64,000 nt of DNA from an uncultured bacterium (GCA_963826535.1 CAWGXL010000011.1:192809-256808); one strand, 5' to 3'; shown: positions 30,364 to 40,494, counted from the stretch's first letter. The notes: generated by a model not told the origin, from the sequence alone. Translations and numbers: made by a program.

Positions 30364-30921
30364 ATGATGAACAGGAAAAAGCTAATAGTTGGCGGAATTA
30401 TCGGAGTTATTATAGTATTTATTTTGGCGACTGTATTGCTGACGCCGCAAGAAAAACCTCCATTGCCCGCAGGAAATCAGATAAGTCCGACCGCGGGACA
30501 ACTTATCCGGGAAAACGCACCGTTGGATTACGATGAGTTTTTAAGCAGCGGAAGGTCGGAGATCTGCACTTTCGCGGTGACACAGGAAAATCAAAATGTT
30601 AGCGGGCTCGAGGTTCCATCTAAAATATCAACAGGAACCATCTTCGCGGCAAATGGCAAGATAAAAGGTGAATTTACGATGACTACCAGAGACGGGACAC
30701 TCCAACAGCATGTACTTGTTGATGCGTATACAGCATATTTATGGAATAATGTGAATAATGGCGGAGTTAAGTTTCTTGTGGGAAAGGAATCGCCGGATAA
30801 GTTAATCAAACCGCCACTGGTTTACAATTGTAAAAGCTGGACGCCAAATAATTCTGTATTCCAACTTCCGGTGGGTGTAGTATTTACCGAAATTACAGAT
30901 TTTAACGCGAGCACTCCCTGA
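30364..30921 (+). CDS. Membrane-anchored hypothetical protein
   Basis: N-terminal TM, beta-rich domain, C-terminal YNCKSW...FQLP..V.F. Confidence 0.6.
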   Translation: MMNRKKLIVGGIIGVIIVFILATVLLTPQEKPPLPAGNQISPTAGQLIRENAPLDYDEFLSSGRSEICTFAVTQENQNVSGLEVPSKISTGTIFAANGKIKGEFTMTTRDGTLQQHVLVDAYTAYLWNNVNNGGVKFLVGKESPDKLIKPPLVYNCKSWTPNNSVFQLPVGVVFTEITDFNASTP

Positions 30922-30953
30922 CGGCCAATAGACTTCTTTTGAAAAAGCGCAAT

Positions 30954-32351
30954 TTAAATATCTCCGTTGAACCAGAAGTCTGCGGGGGTGGGATAGAGCA
31001 GGCTCTGTTGCATCTCCAGATTCTTCACCTCAAGATAGTTCTTTATCAAACTCGCAGCAAAAACTCCACTTTCTACTAAAATTTTATCTTTATTCAAACT
31101 TTCCAATGTCTCAAAAAGTGTGTGAGGTGTTTGCTTTAAGCTTCCTTTTTCCCAAATATTCTCGTCGTACGGACCGAAGCCTAATTTTACCGGGTCTAAT
31201 TTCTTCTTAATACCATCAATTCCGAAAACGAGTAGCGCCGGGAAGGCAAGATAAGGGTTAGCTGCAGGGTCGGGACAGCGGAATTCGAGACGTTTTCCTT
31301 TCTCCATATTTTTATAATATACCGGGATTCTAATGGCAGCGCTTCTATTTCTTTTGGAGAAGGCTATCGCGGTTGGGGCTTCAAAATGAGGCACAAGCCG
31401 GCGATAAGAATTCAGAGTCGGGTTGGTAATTGCCAGAAGTGTGCGGATATTTGTGAGAAGAGCGGCAAGATAGGAAAGAGCCGATTTTGATAACTCTCCA
31501 TATCCCTTGGGATCGAAAAACACATTTTTTCCATTTTTAAAGATACTCTGATTGGTATGCATTCCGGAACCGTTATCTCCAAAGATGGGCTTGGGTAAAA
31601 ATGTAGCATGCATGCCATACTTTTTGGCAAGATTGCGGGCGACGTATTTATATTTCATAACTTTATCCGCCATATTCACCAGACTGTCGAATCGCATATC
31701 AATTTCTACTTGTCCGGCAGTCGCGACTTCATGGTGGTGCACCTCAATTGGAACACCGATTGACTCGAGGATTGAAGTCATTTCCGATCGAAAGACTTGA
31801 AGTTTGTCCTGAGGGGGGACAGGAAAATAGCCGGTTTTGGGAAGGATTTTGCTACCGTCGCTTTCCTCATCCGGAAAATCCGGAATTTCGTCACTTCTAA
31901 TTTTTATATATGAATCGTGTGAACCTAAGTGAACAGAGAGTTTATTTAATACAAAAAATTCTATCTCCGGTCCCCAGTAGGAGACATCGCCAATGCCTGT
32001 TTTTTTCAAATAAATTTCGGCCTTTTTCGCAGTGAAGCGCGGATCTCTTTCAAAAGGTCCTGCGTCACCGGGATTGTAGACGTCGCAAATACAGACAAGT
32101 GTTTTTTCGAAGAAAGGATCTATAAAAAGTGTAGCTAGATCGGGCCTTAGAAGCATGTCGCTTTCAAATATACTGCAGAATCCTTTGATGCTGGAGCCGT
32201 CAAATCCGTAACCCTTTTCAATTCCCTGCATTGAAAATTCATGGGCGGTAAGGGTCATATGCTGCCAAACTCCACGCAGATCAATAAAGCGAAGGTCTAC
32301 AAACTGAATGTCACTTGATTTAATTAATGCAAAAGCTTTTTTAGGATCCAT
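30954..32351 (-). CDS. glnA: Glutamine synthetase type I
   Basis: FDGSSI, ESDM, HHEVATAGQ, PKPIFGDNGSGMH, RNRSAAIRIP, RLEFRCPD. Confidence 0.95.
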   Translation of the reverse strand: MDPKKAFALIKSSDIQFVDLRFIDLRGVWQHMTLTAHEFSMQGIEKGYGFDGSSIKGFCSIFESDMLLRPDLATLFIDPFFEKTLVCICDVYNPGDAGPFERDPRFTAKKAEIYLKKTGIGDVSYWGPEIEFFVLNKLSVHLGSHDSYIKIRSDEIPDFPDEESDGSKILPKTGYFPVPPQDKLQVFRSEMTSILESIGVPIEVHHHEVATAGQVEIDMRFDSLVNMADKVMKYKYVARNLAKKYGMHATFLPKPIFGDNGSGMHTNQSIFKNGKNVFFDPKGYGELSKSALSYLAALLTNIRTLLAITNPTLNSYRRLVPHFEAPTAIAFSKRNRSAAIRIPVYYKNMEKGKRLEFRCPDPAANPYLAFPALLVFGIDGIKKKLDPVKLGFGPYDENIWEKGSLKQTPHTLFETLESLNKDKILVESGVFAASLIKNYLEVKNLEMQQSLLYPTPADFWFNGDI

Positions 32352-32359
32352 AGTTTACT

Positions 32360-32490
32360 AAAACTCAAAATTCAAAGCACCAAATCACAAATAATATCAA
32401 AATTCAAATTTCCAAAATTCAAAACGTTTTGAATTTATTGCTTTGAACATTTGAATTTATTTGGGATTTGTAATTTTGAATTTGTAATTT
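32360..32490. repeat. Heptamer-periodic imperfect inverted repeat (copy 2) in the glnA 5' UTR
   Basis: Similar to 17096-17223: CAAAGCACCAAAT, central AAACGTTT, GGATTTGTAATTTTG.ATTTGTAATTT. Confidence 0.7.
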
Positions 32491-32567
32491 ATTTTTGGGG
32501 ACTTCGATGTCACCGAATTTTAGTGAGGACTTCTTTGTCTTCTTGTCTTCGTAATGAAGATAATGAT

Positions 32568-32596
32568 ATTAAAGCACATTAATATTGCTGTGTCAA
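32568..32596 (-). promoter_or_regulatory. Putative glnA promoter
   Basis: Minus strand TTGACA-17 bp-TTTAAT, implying a 5' UTR of about 210 nt. Confidence 0.5.
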
Positions 32597-32645
32597 TAAT
32601 TATAAACAAGACTTATGCTACAATTTCTTTATAGAAAAACTGCGT

Positions 32646-34256
32646 TTGGCTGCCAAAAATATACCTATGAGCCTTGAATCATGGCTTATTTCTTTTGTGG
32701 GAATAACATTGGTCAGGACTTTTATTGAGCAGTTTTCAAATGGTGACCGTTTGCGATTTGTTCTGATTGATCCACCAACTATCATCCATTATTCTATCTT
32801 TTACCTTTGTGCCGCAGTATGCATCATGACAATATTTATGCTCGCAGGTGGTAAAACAAAAACAGAAAAAAGAAAAATAGATATGCGGGAAATTACAGGT
32901 TTATGTATTTTTGGCGCCTTAATAATTTGTCTGCCTCCAATTATAGATCTTATAATTGGCGGAAAGGGCGGTTTTGTTATGACTTACCTTTTCTTACCTC
33001 CTGACGAGCTTTTAGTGAGATTCCTTACTTTTTTTGGCGGTCATATTTCTCTAGGCGCAACTCTCGGGATTCAGGTTGAGGTGGCTATAATAACTATTGC
33101 ATCTTTTTTTTATATACGATCGGTTACCGGAAAGGCGCTGCGAGCAGTTGTTACTGCGCTCTCAGTTTACAGCATTATTTTTATTCTCGGAGCCTTGCCA
33201 TCAGTGGTCAGTTTGATTACACCAATTCATACAACTGTACAACAGACATTTTTAGAGTCAGTGACGGGGTCGCATATCATCACAAACAATATTCATCCCG
33301 GATTTACAGGTTCACCCTTAGCGCTAATCGACCTTGGTTTTAACAAGATCATGACTGCGTTCTTTACTTTAATTACCATCTTTTCAGGTACAGTATTTTT
33401 TTACCTCGGAACCCGTGAAAAATTCCTAATGATTATAAAAAACAGCCGGCCGGAACGAATTTCACACTATCTTTTACTTATCATACTAGGTGTTATATTT
33501 GGTGGCTTGGGGGTCCCATGGAATTGGATAGATGCGATAGCACTTCTTTTAACTTTGGTCTCGTTTGCAAGCGCATGGCTATTCGCTGTTTGCCAAAATG
33601 ACATTCACGACGAATCCATTGACCGCATATCAAACCCAAATCGTCCTTTGATAAAAGGGGGCTTGCCCAAAAGTGATCTAGTCTTTGCCTCAAAAATATT
33701 TCTCATCGTTGCGATAATTTCTGCCTATGCAGTAAGTCTCTACAGCGCGTTTTTCGTGGTTTTATTTATTTTCCTTTCTCACATTTACTCAATCTGGCCG
33801 CTTAGGCTTAAGAGGTTTCCAATGGTGGGATCTTTTATTATTAGCCTGGCCTGCCTATGTACTGTGCTCGCGGGCTTTTTCCTTTTTCACCAGGACAAAA
33901 GTATCCTGGCTTTTCCTTTAAAATTTATAGTATGGATCGTCTTAATTTTTACACTTAGTTCAAATGTGCGCGATATTAAAGATATTGCCGGAGATAAGGC
34001 GGATGGGATACAAACTCTGCCGGTCATTTTTGGTGAAAGAAGAGGTAAGCAAATTATTGCCATTATGGTTGCATTTGGATTTATTGTTACGCCTTTTTTC
34101 TTCTGGATTGAAGCACTTATGGTGCCTTCTATTGCATGCGCAGTGCTATCTTACAAGTTTATAACAGAAAGTAATTACAAGGAGAAAAAATTCTTTTACG
34201 TCTATCTTACATATTTTGCACTACTTATACTGTGCATTTTATTTAATATCAGGTAA
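32646..34256 (+). CDS. UbiA-family prenyltransferase with an extra N-terminal membrane domain
   Basis: Asp-rich motifs NDIHDESIDRISNPNRP and RDIKDIAGDKADGIQTLP; YS.WPLRLKR. Confidence 0.75.
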   Translation: MAAKNIPMSLESWLISFVGITLVRTFIEQFSNGDRLRFVLIDPPTIIHYSIFYLCAAVCIMTIFMLAGGKTKTEKRKIDMREITGLCIFGALIICLPPIIDLIIGGKGGFVMTYLFLPPDELLVRFLTFFGGHISLGATLGIQVEVAIITIASFFYIRSVTGKALRAVVTALSVYSIIFILGALPSVVSLITPIHTTVQQTFLESVTGSHIITNNIHPGFTGSPLALIDLGFNKIMTAFFTLITIFSGTVFFYLGTREKFLMIIKNSRPERISHYLLLIILGVIFGGLGVPWNWIDAIALLLTLVSFASAWLFAVCQNDIHDESIDRISNPNRPLIKGGLPKSDLVFASKIFLIVAIISAYAVSLYSAFFVVLFIFLSHIYSIWPLRLKRFPMVGSFIISLACLCTVLAGFFLFHQDKSILAFPLKFIVWIVLIFTLSSNVRDIKDIAGDKADGIQTLPVIFGERRGKQIIAIMVAFGFIVTPFFFWIEALMVPSIACAVLSYKFITESNYKEKKFFYVYLTYFALLILCILFNIR

Positions 34257-34287
34257 TTGAGTTGAGTAACGTAAAAATTTGTAGTTA

Positions 34288-35385
34288 TTAAAAGTTGGAT
34301 GAGCCTTTATATACTTTGGGAGCTAACCAATCATTGGGAGCATCTTGTTCATCAGGAGCTTCCTGTTCGTCCGGAGCTACCATTGGCGCAACTTGCGCAT
34401 CCCGAGCTTTTTGTTCTACCATTGGCGCATCATCTTCAGCCCAAGGATTTTGCTCTGACTTTGGCGCTGCTTGTTCATCCTGCTTCCCTTGTGTTATTTC
34501 AGGCTCAACTGTAGGAAATCTAGGTTCAGGTTTTGCTTGTGTTTTTTGAATCTCATTTGTTGGAAATCTAAGTTGCGGATTTGCCGGTTTTTCTTGTGGC
34601 CTAGATTCACGAGCGTATCTTTGACTTGGTTGTTTTTGCGAGGTGGTAACAGATTCCCGACGGGCTCCATTTCTCATAAGAACTGAGGCTATCTCAAAAG
34701 CCAGGGGGCTTGTTGAATCATCCTGGAAATTTTTGGTAGCGTAGATAATGCCACTCATCAAATTTTGGGCAACATCCTGATCAATGCGTAAACCTAAAGA
34801 AAGGACGATATCCGCAACCAGTTCGCTTACTGAGGAGAAATCAGGTGAAACGGCAACAATATCACCGTATCCTTGATTTTCCTGTTTATTATCGATATTA
34901 ATTATTTTCGTATCGCGTATCTTATCAGAACTTATAATATCTCCAAGATCAGACAAAATGGGTGTACCAATAACGAACAGCAAGCTGAATGCGGCTCCTC
35001 CACCTTTGGTATATTTGACATCTTTTTCATCGAAGGTAAGCTCTTTTCCTGCGGCTTTTACTATAATATTGAGAAATCCATTTTCTAAAGTGTATGAGAC
35101 CTTTTCAATTTCACCTTCAACATATGGGAATGAGACAACTAAATCTCCTCCATCAGGACCTTCAAGTTTATTTGAGACTTTGTCAATGCCTACCAGATTT
35201 GATAATTCTACTATCGGCTGCGTGGGACAAGCAATGGTGACATTCTTATTTGCTTCTTTCAGCAATAAGTACAAAGATAATGAGGCTGCCATTTCATCCA
35301 TTGATGGATTTTTACCGAGCGTTATTGCGATATTATCGTTTTTGGAGAGCTCCTCTTTAATTTTTTGTATTAAAGCATTATCCAT
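34288..35385 (-). CDS. DHH/NrnA-like protein with degenerate active site and disordered tail
   Basis: DHH-fold layout (NPSMD, INIDNK, SSVSELV, LMSGIIYATKNF); lies downstream of infB. Confidence 0.65.
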   Translation of the reverse strand: MDNALIQKIKEELSKNDNIAITLGKNPSMDEMAASLSLYLLLKEANKNVTIACPTQPIVELSNLVGIDKVSNKLEGPDGGDLVVSFPYVEGEIEKVSYTLENGFLNIIVKAAGKELTFDEKDVKYTKGGGAAFSLLFVIGTPILSDLGDIISSDKIRDTKIINIDNKQENQGYGDIVAVSPDFSSVSELVADIVLSLGLRIDQDVAQNLMSGIIYATKNFQDDSTSPLAFEIASVLMRNGARRESVTTSQKQPSQRYARESRPQEKPANPQLRFPTNEIQKTQAKPEPRFPTVEPEITQGKQDEQAAPKSEQNPWAEDDAPMVEQKARDAQVAPMVAPDEQEAPDEQDAPNDWLAPKVYKGSSNF

Positions 35386-35395
35386 AGGTCTAAAA

Positions 35396-36884
35396 CTAAC
35401 TATGGGATAGTATCATATCCCCCACTTGTATGTCAAGAGGGGTGGCAATAAGCAAACCTGCTTCATGGCCTTTTTCAACCTTGGAAACCGGATTCTTGCC
35501 TACCCGGAGGGAGCCGATTGACGCTTCGCCCAGCACAGATTCCCCACGCATGATACGAATTCTGTCTCCACGCGCCACCCTTCCGGCGTTAACTTGAACC
35601 CCAAAAGCCACGGTTTTCTCAAAGGGAAATTTGGCAAGTACTTTGGCTTTACCAAAAATTTGTTCCATTTGAGCCTGTAATTTCCCCTCAAGCGCGTCTT
35701 TTATTTCGTCAAGCATCTCATAGATAATTGAATAGTTACGCAGAAGTACTTTTTCAGTCATGGCTAGCTTGAGGATTTCCGGACGTATTTTGGTATTAAA
35801 ACTCAGGACAATACTACCGGTTGATTTGGCGAGCAAAACATCAGCTTCAGATACTTCGCCGGTTTTCTGCATAATAATCTTTATTTTTTTAGGTAGCGCA
35901 TAACAGATCGCTTCGAGTGATCCTTTGGTGTCGGCCGCAAGGATTACAGAAAGGGTTATTTCTTCATCTTTTTTTTGATATACCGATTCTCTTTTTAGGG
36001 GTTGCGCCTGTGCCTGAGAAGCCTGGACTAAAGCTGTATTGGATTTTGAACTAATTATACTTCCAACAGCCGGAACATTCTTCGAGACCGAGTATTTCAA
36101 CCGCATCTCCGACTGTACTTTCTTTTAGTTGTTGGCCGCGGTCATTTATAATTGTACGAATTTTGCCGCTAATTGCATCTGTTTGAATTTCGTCTCTGAT
36201 TTTTATAGTTCCGTTTTTAATAACAATTGTTGCCCTAGGTCCGACCCGGGGATCAAGCCTGCTTTCAATAACAATTGCCTTCAACTGTCCATTTGCGGAT
36301 ATTTTATTCTCCTCAACAACGGGCGCATGCATATCAAATACTAACAATATAAGATCGAGAAGCTCTTTGATATTGGAATTTGTTTTCGCTGAAACAGCGA
36401 TTGCAGGAATTTCGCCACCGTATTCTTCCAGGGTTATTTGCTCTTTTAGAAGTTCCTGCTTAACTTTATCTAAATTTTTGGTGGCTAAATCTGCTTTGGT
36501 GATCACAACAATAAATCGGGTGTTGGTGCCTCTAAGTAGTTCTATACTCTCTTTTGTTTGTGGTTTCAGTCCTTCATTTGAGGCTACGACTAACAGTGCG
36601 AGGTCAGCAACCTGAGCTCCCCTACCGCGCATATGCGAGAAAGCTTCATGGCCTGGGGTATCAATAAAAGTGACTGAACGTTTATGGCCTTCATGAATTA
36701 TATCTATTGATGATGCTCCAATTTTTTGAGTGATCCCACCGACCTCGCGTTCGGCGATTGATGTTTTTCTAATCGCGTCAAGGAGGGTAGTCTTGCCATG
36801 ATCAACATGACCAAGTACGGCTACAACCGGCGGAAATTGAAGCCCAGAAGCTTTGACCTGTTTAACGTCTTTTGTTTTTGCCAT
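35396..36884 (-). pseudogene. infB: Translation initiation factor IF-2, split by one extra base near 36078-36081
   Basis: GHVDHGKTTL and DTPGHEAF G-domain in 36051-36884; ADTKGSLEAI and C-terminal domains in 35396-36106; span of 1489 bp = 3n+1. Confidence 0.85.
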
Positions 36885-36925
36885 AAGTATTCAGAGATTA
36901 TGTAAATTTTAAAAATGTACATAAT

Positions 36926-38062
36926 TTAAGCCTCTTTTTTTGCCTCTTTTGATTCTACTGCGGTAGTCTCTGTTAAATCCGGTGATTTTTTTTCTTTGGG
37001 TTTTTTCTTCTCGGCTTTTTTTGTTACTTCCTGCCTGCCGGCAGGCAGGTCTTTTTCTTTTGCTTTTTTAACTTTAACTGCTGCGGATTTTTCCTCATCT
37101 ATCGAAGGCGCTTCTTCGCGTCCTTCTATTTCAATCCTGTACTGTGTTAATTTGTATGCCAGGCGGACATTTTGGCCTTCCTTACCGATTGCAAGGGATA
37201 GTTCTTCTTTGGGTACAACAACATTGGCGATTTTATCATCTTCATTTACGGTTACAGTGACGTTTTTAGCAGGAGAAAGTGCCTGGGCAATATAGGTTTT
37301 GGTGTCTTCCGACCACTGTATAATATCGATTTTTTCGAGACCGCCTAATTCCTGAATTATAGCTTGTACCCGGACACCTTTCTGACCGACACATGAACCA
37401 ACCGGATCAATGCCCGGTTGTCCGGAAAAAACAGCGACTTTTGCACGATTGCCCGGTTCGCGTACGATTGCTTTTATCTGAACGCTGCCCTGGGCAACTT
37501 CCGGAACTTCTCTTTTAAATAATCCATCTATAAGACCATTATTGGCGCGGGAGACTATTATCTCTTCTCCTTTGACGCCTTGTTTTATATCTGAGAGGTA
37601 AAAAATCAGGCGCTGATTTAAATGATATTTTTCGCTGGGTATTTGTTCCTGAGCCGGCATGATCGCTTCTGCTTTACCGATATCGACGATGATATTTGAT
37701 CCGGCAAAGCGGAGAATCATACCATTAACTATAGTGCCGATTTTAACTTTATAGTCTGTCAGGATCGCTTCTTTTTCTTTTTCACGTATTTTTTGCAGGA
37801 TGACTTGTTTGGCTGTTTGAGCCGCAATTCTACCAAATCCCGGCGGCGTTACATCTGTGTCGCCTTGAAAAATATGCGCTTCTCCGGTTGCGGAATTGAG
37901 TTCAGCGCGAAATTCTTCGAGTTCAACACCGGGATGATCCTTCCGGTAAGCTGCAAGGATCGCGTTTTTTACTGTTTCAAGTACGACATCTGTGTCTACT
38001 CCACGCTCGGAGGCGACTTGATTTAATGCTAATGCAAATTCACTTCTTTGTATCGCAGGCAT
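36926..38062 (-). CDS. nusA: Transcription termination factor NusA
   Basis: FGRIAAQTAKQVI, S1 domain, KH domains (DPVGSCVGQKGVR, SLAIGKEGQNVRLA). Confidence 0.95.
   Translation of the reverse strand: MPAIQRSEFALALNQVASERGVDTDVVLETVKNAILAAYRKDHPGVELEEFRAELNSATGEAHIFQGDTDVTPPGFGRIAAQTAKQVILQKIREKEKEAILTDYKVKIGTIVNGMILRFAGSNIIVDIGKAEAIMPAQEQIPSEKYHLNQRLIFYLSDIKQGVKGEEIIVSRANNGLIDGLFKREVPEVAQGSVQIKAIVREPGNRAKVAVFSGQPGIDPVGSCVGQKGVRVQAIIQELGGLEKIDIIQWSEDTKTYIAQALSPAKNVTVTVNEDDKIANVVVPKEELSLAIGKEGQNVRLAYKLTQYRIEIEGREEAPSIDEEKSAAVKVKKAKEKDLPAGRQEVTKKAEKKKPKEKKSPDLTETTAVESKEAKKEA
37030..37049. repeat. Perfect 20-bp palindrome inserted in the nusA C-terminal tail
   Basis: CCTGCCTGCCGGCAGGCAGG, encoding LPAGRQ in a Lys-rich tail. 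Confidence 0.8.
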
Positions 38063-38117
38063 GGAGGTAGTATAGCAAAATCAGCTCTAACCTACAACCC
38101 TTAAGCAAAACCGGAGA

Positions 38118-39023
38118 CTAAAATTTCCAGCCAAGCTCTTTTTTGATCTCTTTTTGGGCTAGAACGAACTGGTCTTTTGTTAGTTGGTTGTTGAGGATAC
38201 AGTATTTTTTATTCTTAAGCCCTATACAGCCGATGCAATCAGTGCAATTCAAAAGCCATTCTCCATAGTAACAGTTAGTACTATTTTCCGATACATGAAG
38301 AAAGGCACAATTAAAACAAGAGGTTGCATAGGTCATTTGATAGCACCTTTCGCTAAAAGAATTAGTGCCCGGATTTCCGCCTGAGCGATAGGAATCCCAA
38401 CAGTTTCTGGACCTTGAACAATTAAAAGTATATCCGGAATTTTCAATATATAAAGTATTAAAAGACCAATAACAGTTTTTTGAGTTGTAAATATTATCTC
38501 CATATGGACAATTATCATTATTTGATTGTTGACTTGCCGGATGCGGGATTTGTTTTTTTAACTCAAACATTTGAGCCAGTAACTTTTGAGGATCTTGTTT
38601 TTTTAATTCTTCAATTTTTTTAAAATATTCCTCTTTGGTATATTGCTTATTAAAAATACAATACTTTTTATGGACCAACCCGACACATCCGAAACAATCA
38701 GTACAGGCATTTAACAAAACGGAGAAATGGCAATCCGTATTGTTACTACAATCCGAAAGGTAAGTACAGCTATAACATTTGCTTGAATCAGCAGACTGAT
38801 AACACTTTTCAGATTCGAAAACAGACATACAATCTACCAGTTTTTTTCCATAAGCCGCAAGCGCAGTATAAATACAATCTTCCAGATAGTACCCTTCCGA
38901 ATAGTAGGAATTTTTGCTCATAAAAGTGGCGTCAACAAATTCACAATTTTCAATATGATCAACCAATACAGCGGGAACGGGAATGGATTTCTTCAGAAGC
39001 TCGTATTTTTGGAGAAAGGTCAT
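38118..39023 (-). CDS. Cys-rich repeat protein with two internal copies
   Basis: CFGCVGL..KKYCIFNKQYTKEEY and CIGCIGLKNKKYCILNNQLTKDQF. Confidence 0.7.
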   Translation of the reverse strand: MTFLQKYELLKKSIPVPAVLVDHIENCEFVDATFMSKNSYYSEGYYLEDCIYTALAAYGKKLVDCMSVFESEKCYQSADSSKCYSCTYLSDCSNNTDCHFSVLLNACTDCFGCVGLVHKKYCIFNKQYTKEEYFKKIEELKKQDPQKLLAQMFELKKQIPHPASQQSNNDNCPYGDNIYNSKNCYWSFNTLYIENSGYTFNCSRSRNCWDSYRSGGNPGTNSFSERCYQMTYATSCFNCAFLHVSENSTNCYYGEWLLNCTDCIGCIGLKNKKYCILNNQLTKDQFVLAQKEIKKELGWKF

Positions 39024-39302
39024 TTACTCTTTTGTCAGGTCTACGGTGTTGCGAAACTCCGTATAACAGGGGATGCAATAAACGATTAACTTTTTATCGG
39101 GGTTATGGGTTGTTACCATGTCTTTGCCGCATTTGGCACAGGGATATTTATAGAATTTTCTTTCATTACGCATTGCTTCGCGGAGTTCCTGTCTACATGT
39201 CGGGCAATTATCAGGATGAGGGAGTCCCATTTCCTTATAGAATTCAAGCTCCTGCTTGATCATCTTAAATTTGGCTCCGCAGCGCTTACATGTTCTTTCC
39301 AT
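39024..39302 (-). CDS. Double zinc-ribbon protein
   Basis: Four CxxC motifs (CKRC, CPTC, CAKC, CIPC). Confidence 0.75.
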   Translation of the reverse strand: MERTCKRCGAKFKMIKQELEFYKEMGLPHPDNCPTCRQELREAMRNERKFYKYPCAKCGKDMVTTHNPDKKLIVYCIPCYTEFRNTVDLTKE

Positions 39303-39397
39303 AATTTAGTTTTGGGTAGTATGAATGTTATCCTGTCTATTAGAGTTTATCACAAGTATTTTTGCTGTCAAGACTAAAAATGTATTTGTAATGGGTT

Positions 39398-40486
39398 TTA
39401 AAAATATGAATAGGCCCAGTAACTGAAGGAAGTTATTCCTTTTTGTTTGAGGTAAACTTGTTTTCGTTTTATTGACTCCATGTCTTCGTACCATATAATA
39501 TGATCTTTGTTGTCTGAGTCTGTATAGCGGATTTGTGATTCGGCGGCTTCTTTATCCCTGATAAGCTCACAATTGGTAAATTCGCAAGAACCTACAAATT
39601 TTTGTTTTATTTGTGACAGGCTCAGGGATTGGGCAGCCTGGACTGACTGCTCTTTTTCGGTAACCAACCAATCATAGCCGTATGCACCGAAGATGACAGT
39701 TATTTTTTGCGGTGGTACAACTTCCAGGAAGTCATCTGTCATAATGCTTAAATCGTAACCGAACTTTTTAGCTCCAAGAAGGGGGAAATTTGGTCCGGGA
39801 TTGCCGCCGGCTTTATGGAGATCGTAGGCCATGATCATAATTGTATCCGCATTTTGCGCTAGTGTTTTTACATCATAAGGCCTGGCGCGGTAAAATATAT
39901 CACCATAAAGTGTAAGAGCAAAGGTGAGGTTGTTTTTCTGGCTTGCAGCGTAAAATGTAGTTGTGAATTTATTGATTTTTTTGATAAGAGAATCAAAAGG
40001 AATTGCCGCGACCTCCAGGTCCAGAACGATTCCGTTCATATTGTTAATTTGGGCAATTTCGATAGTTTGATCAATAATTTGCTGCTGCAGTGATGGATCT
40101 TCCAAGATATCTAAATTTTCCTGACTGCCGGTCATGCGCAGAGCCAATAATTTTTGAGTACCGGCAGGTAAAGAGTTGTTGAATTCAACTAACTGTATTT
40201 CTTCCTGTTCAGTCATACTAATTCCTTGTTTGTCCGGCTTGATACCGAAATAAATTATTTTGTCAAATCCATCAGTCTCAATCGTGGTGTCGGATAACGT
40301 CCAATATGGTACGAAGAGTGAGAGGGTTGTTTTGTTTCCTGAAATTGCCGGCAGAGTAGTTGGTCGCGGTATAGACGTTGGGGCGAAGACCGGCTGAGAA
40401 AGATCTTTGTTCAGTTTATTTTTAAAAAGGATCGCAGTGCCGAAAAGCACAAAAATAATTAACGCGAGAAGCACAGTTCTTTTCAT
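39398..40486 (-). CDS. Glycoside hydrolase family 18, membrane-anchored
   Basis: NGIVLDLE, IMAYDLH, YGYDW, IWYED, SYWAY; N-terminal TM; ATG at 40486. Confidence 0.75.
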   Translation of the reverse strand: MKRTVLLALIIFVLFGTAILFKNKLNKDLSQPVFAPTSIPRPTTLPAISGNKTTLSLFVPYWTLSDTTIETDGFDKIIYFGIKPDKQGISMTEQEEIQLVEFNNSLPAGTQKLLALRMTGSQENLDILEDPSLQQQIIDQTIEIAQINNMNGIVLDLEVAAIPFDSLIKKINKFTTTFYAASQKNNLTFALTLYGDIFYRARPYDVKTLAQNADTIMIMAYDLHKAGGNPGPNFPLLGAKKFGYDLSIMTDDFLEVVPPQKITVIFGAYGYDWLVTEKEQSVQAAQSLSLSQIKQKFVGSCEFTNCELIRDKEAAESQIRYTDSDNKDHIIWYEDMESIKRKQVYLKQKGITSFSYWAYSYF

Positions 40487-40494
40487 CCCCCCTA

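Noticed and set aside
32495-32562. Glutamine riboswitch upstream of glnA
   Set aside because: Could not match the conserved glnA-motif core by eye; an Infernal search would be needed.
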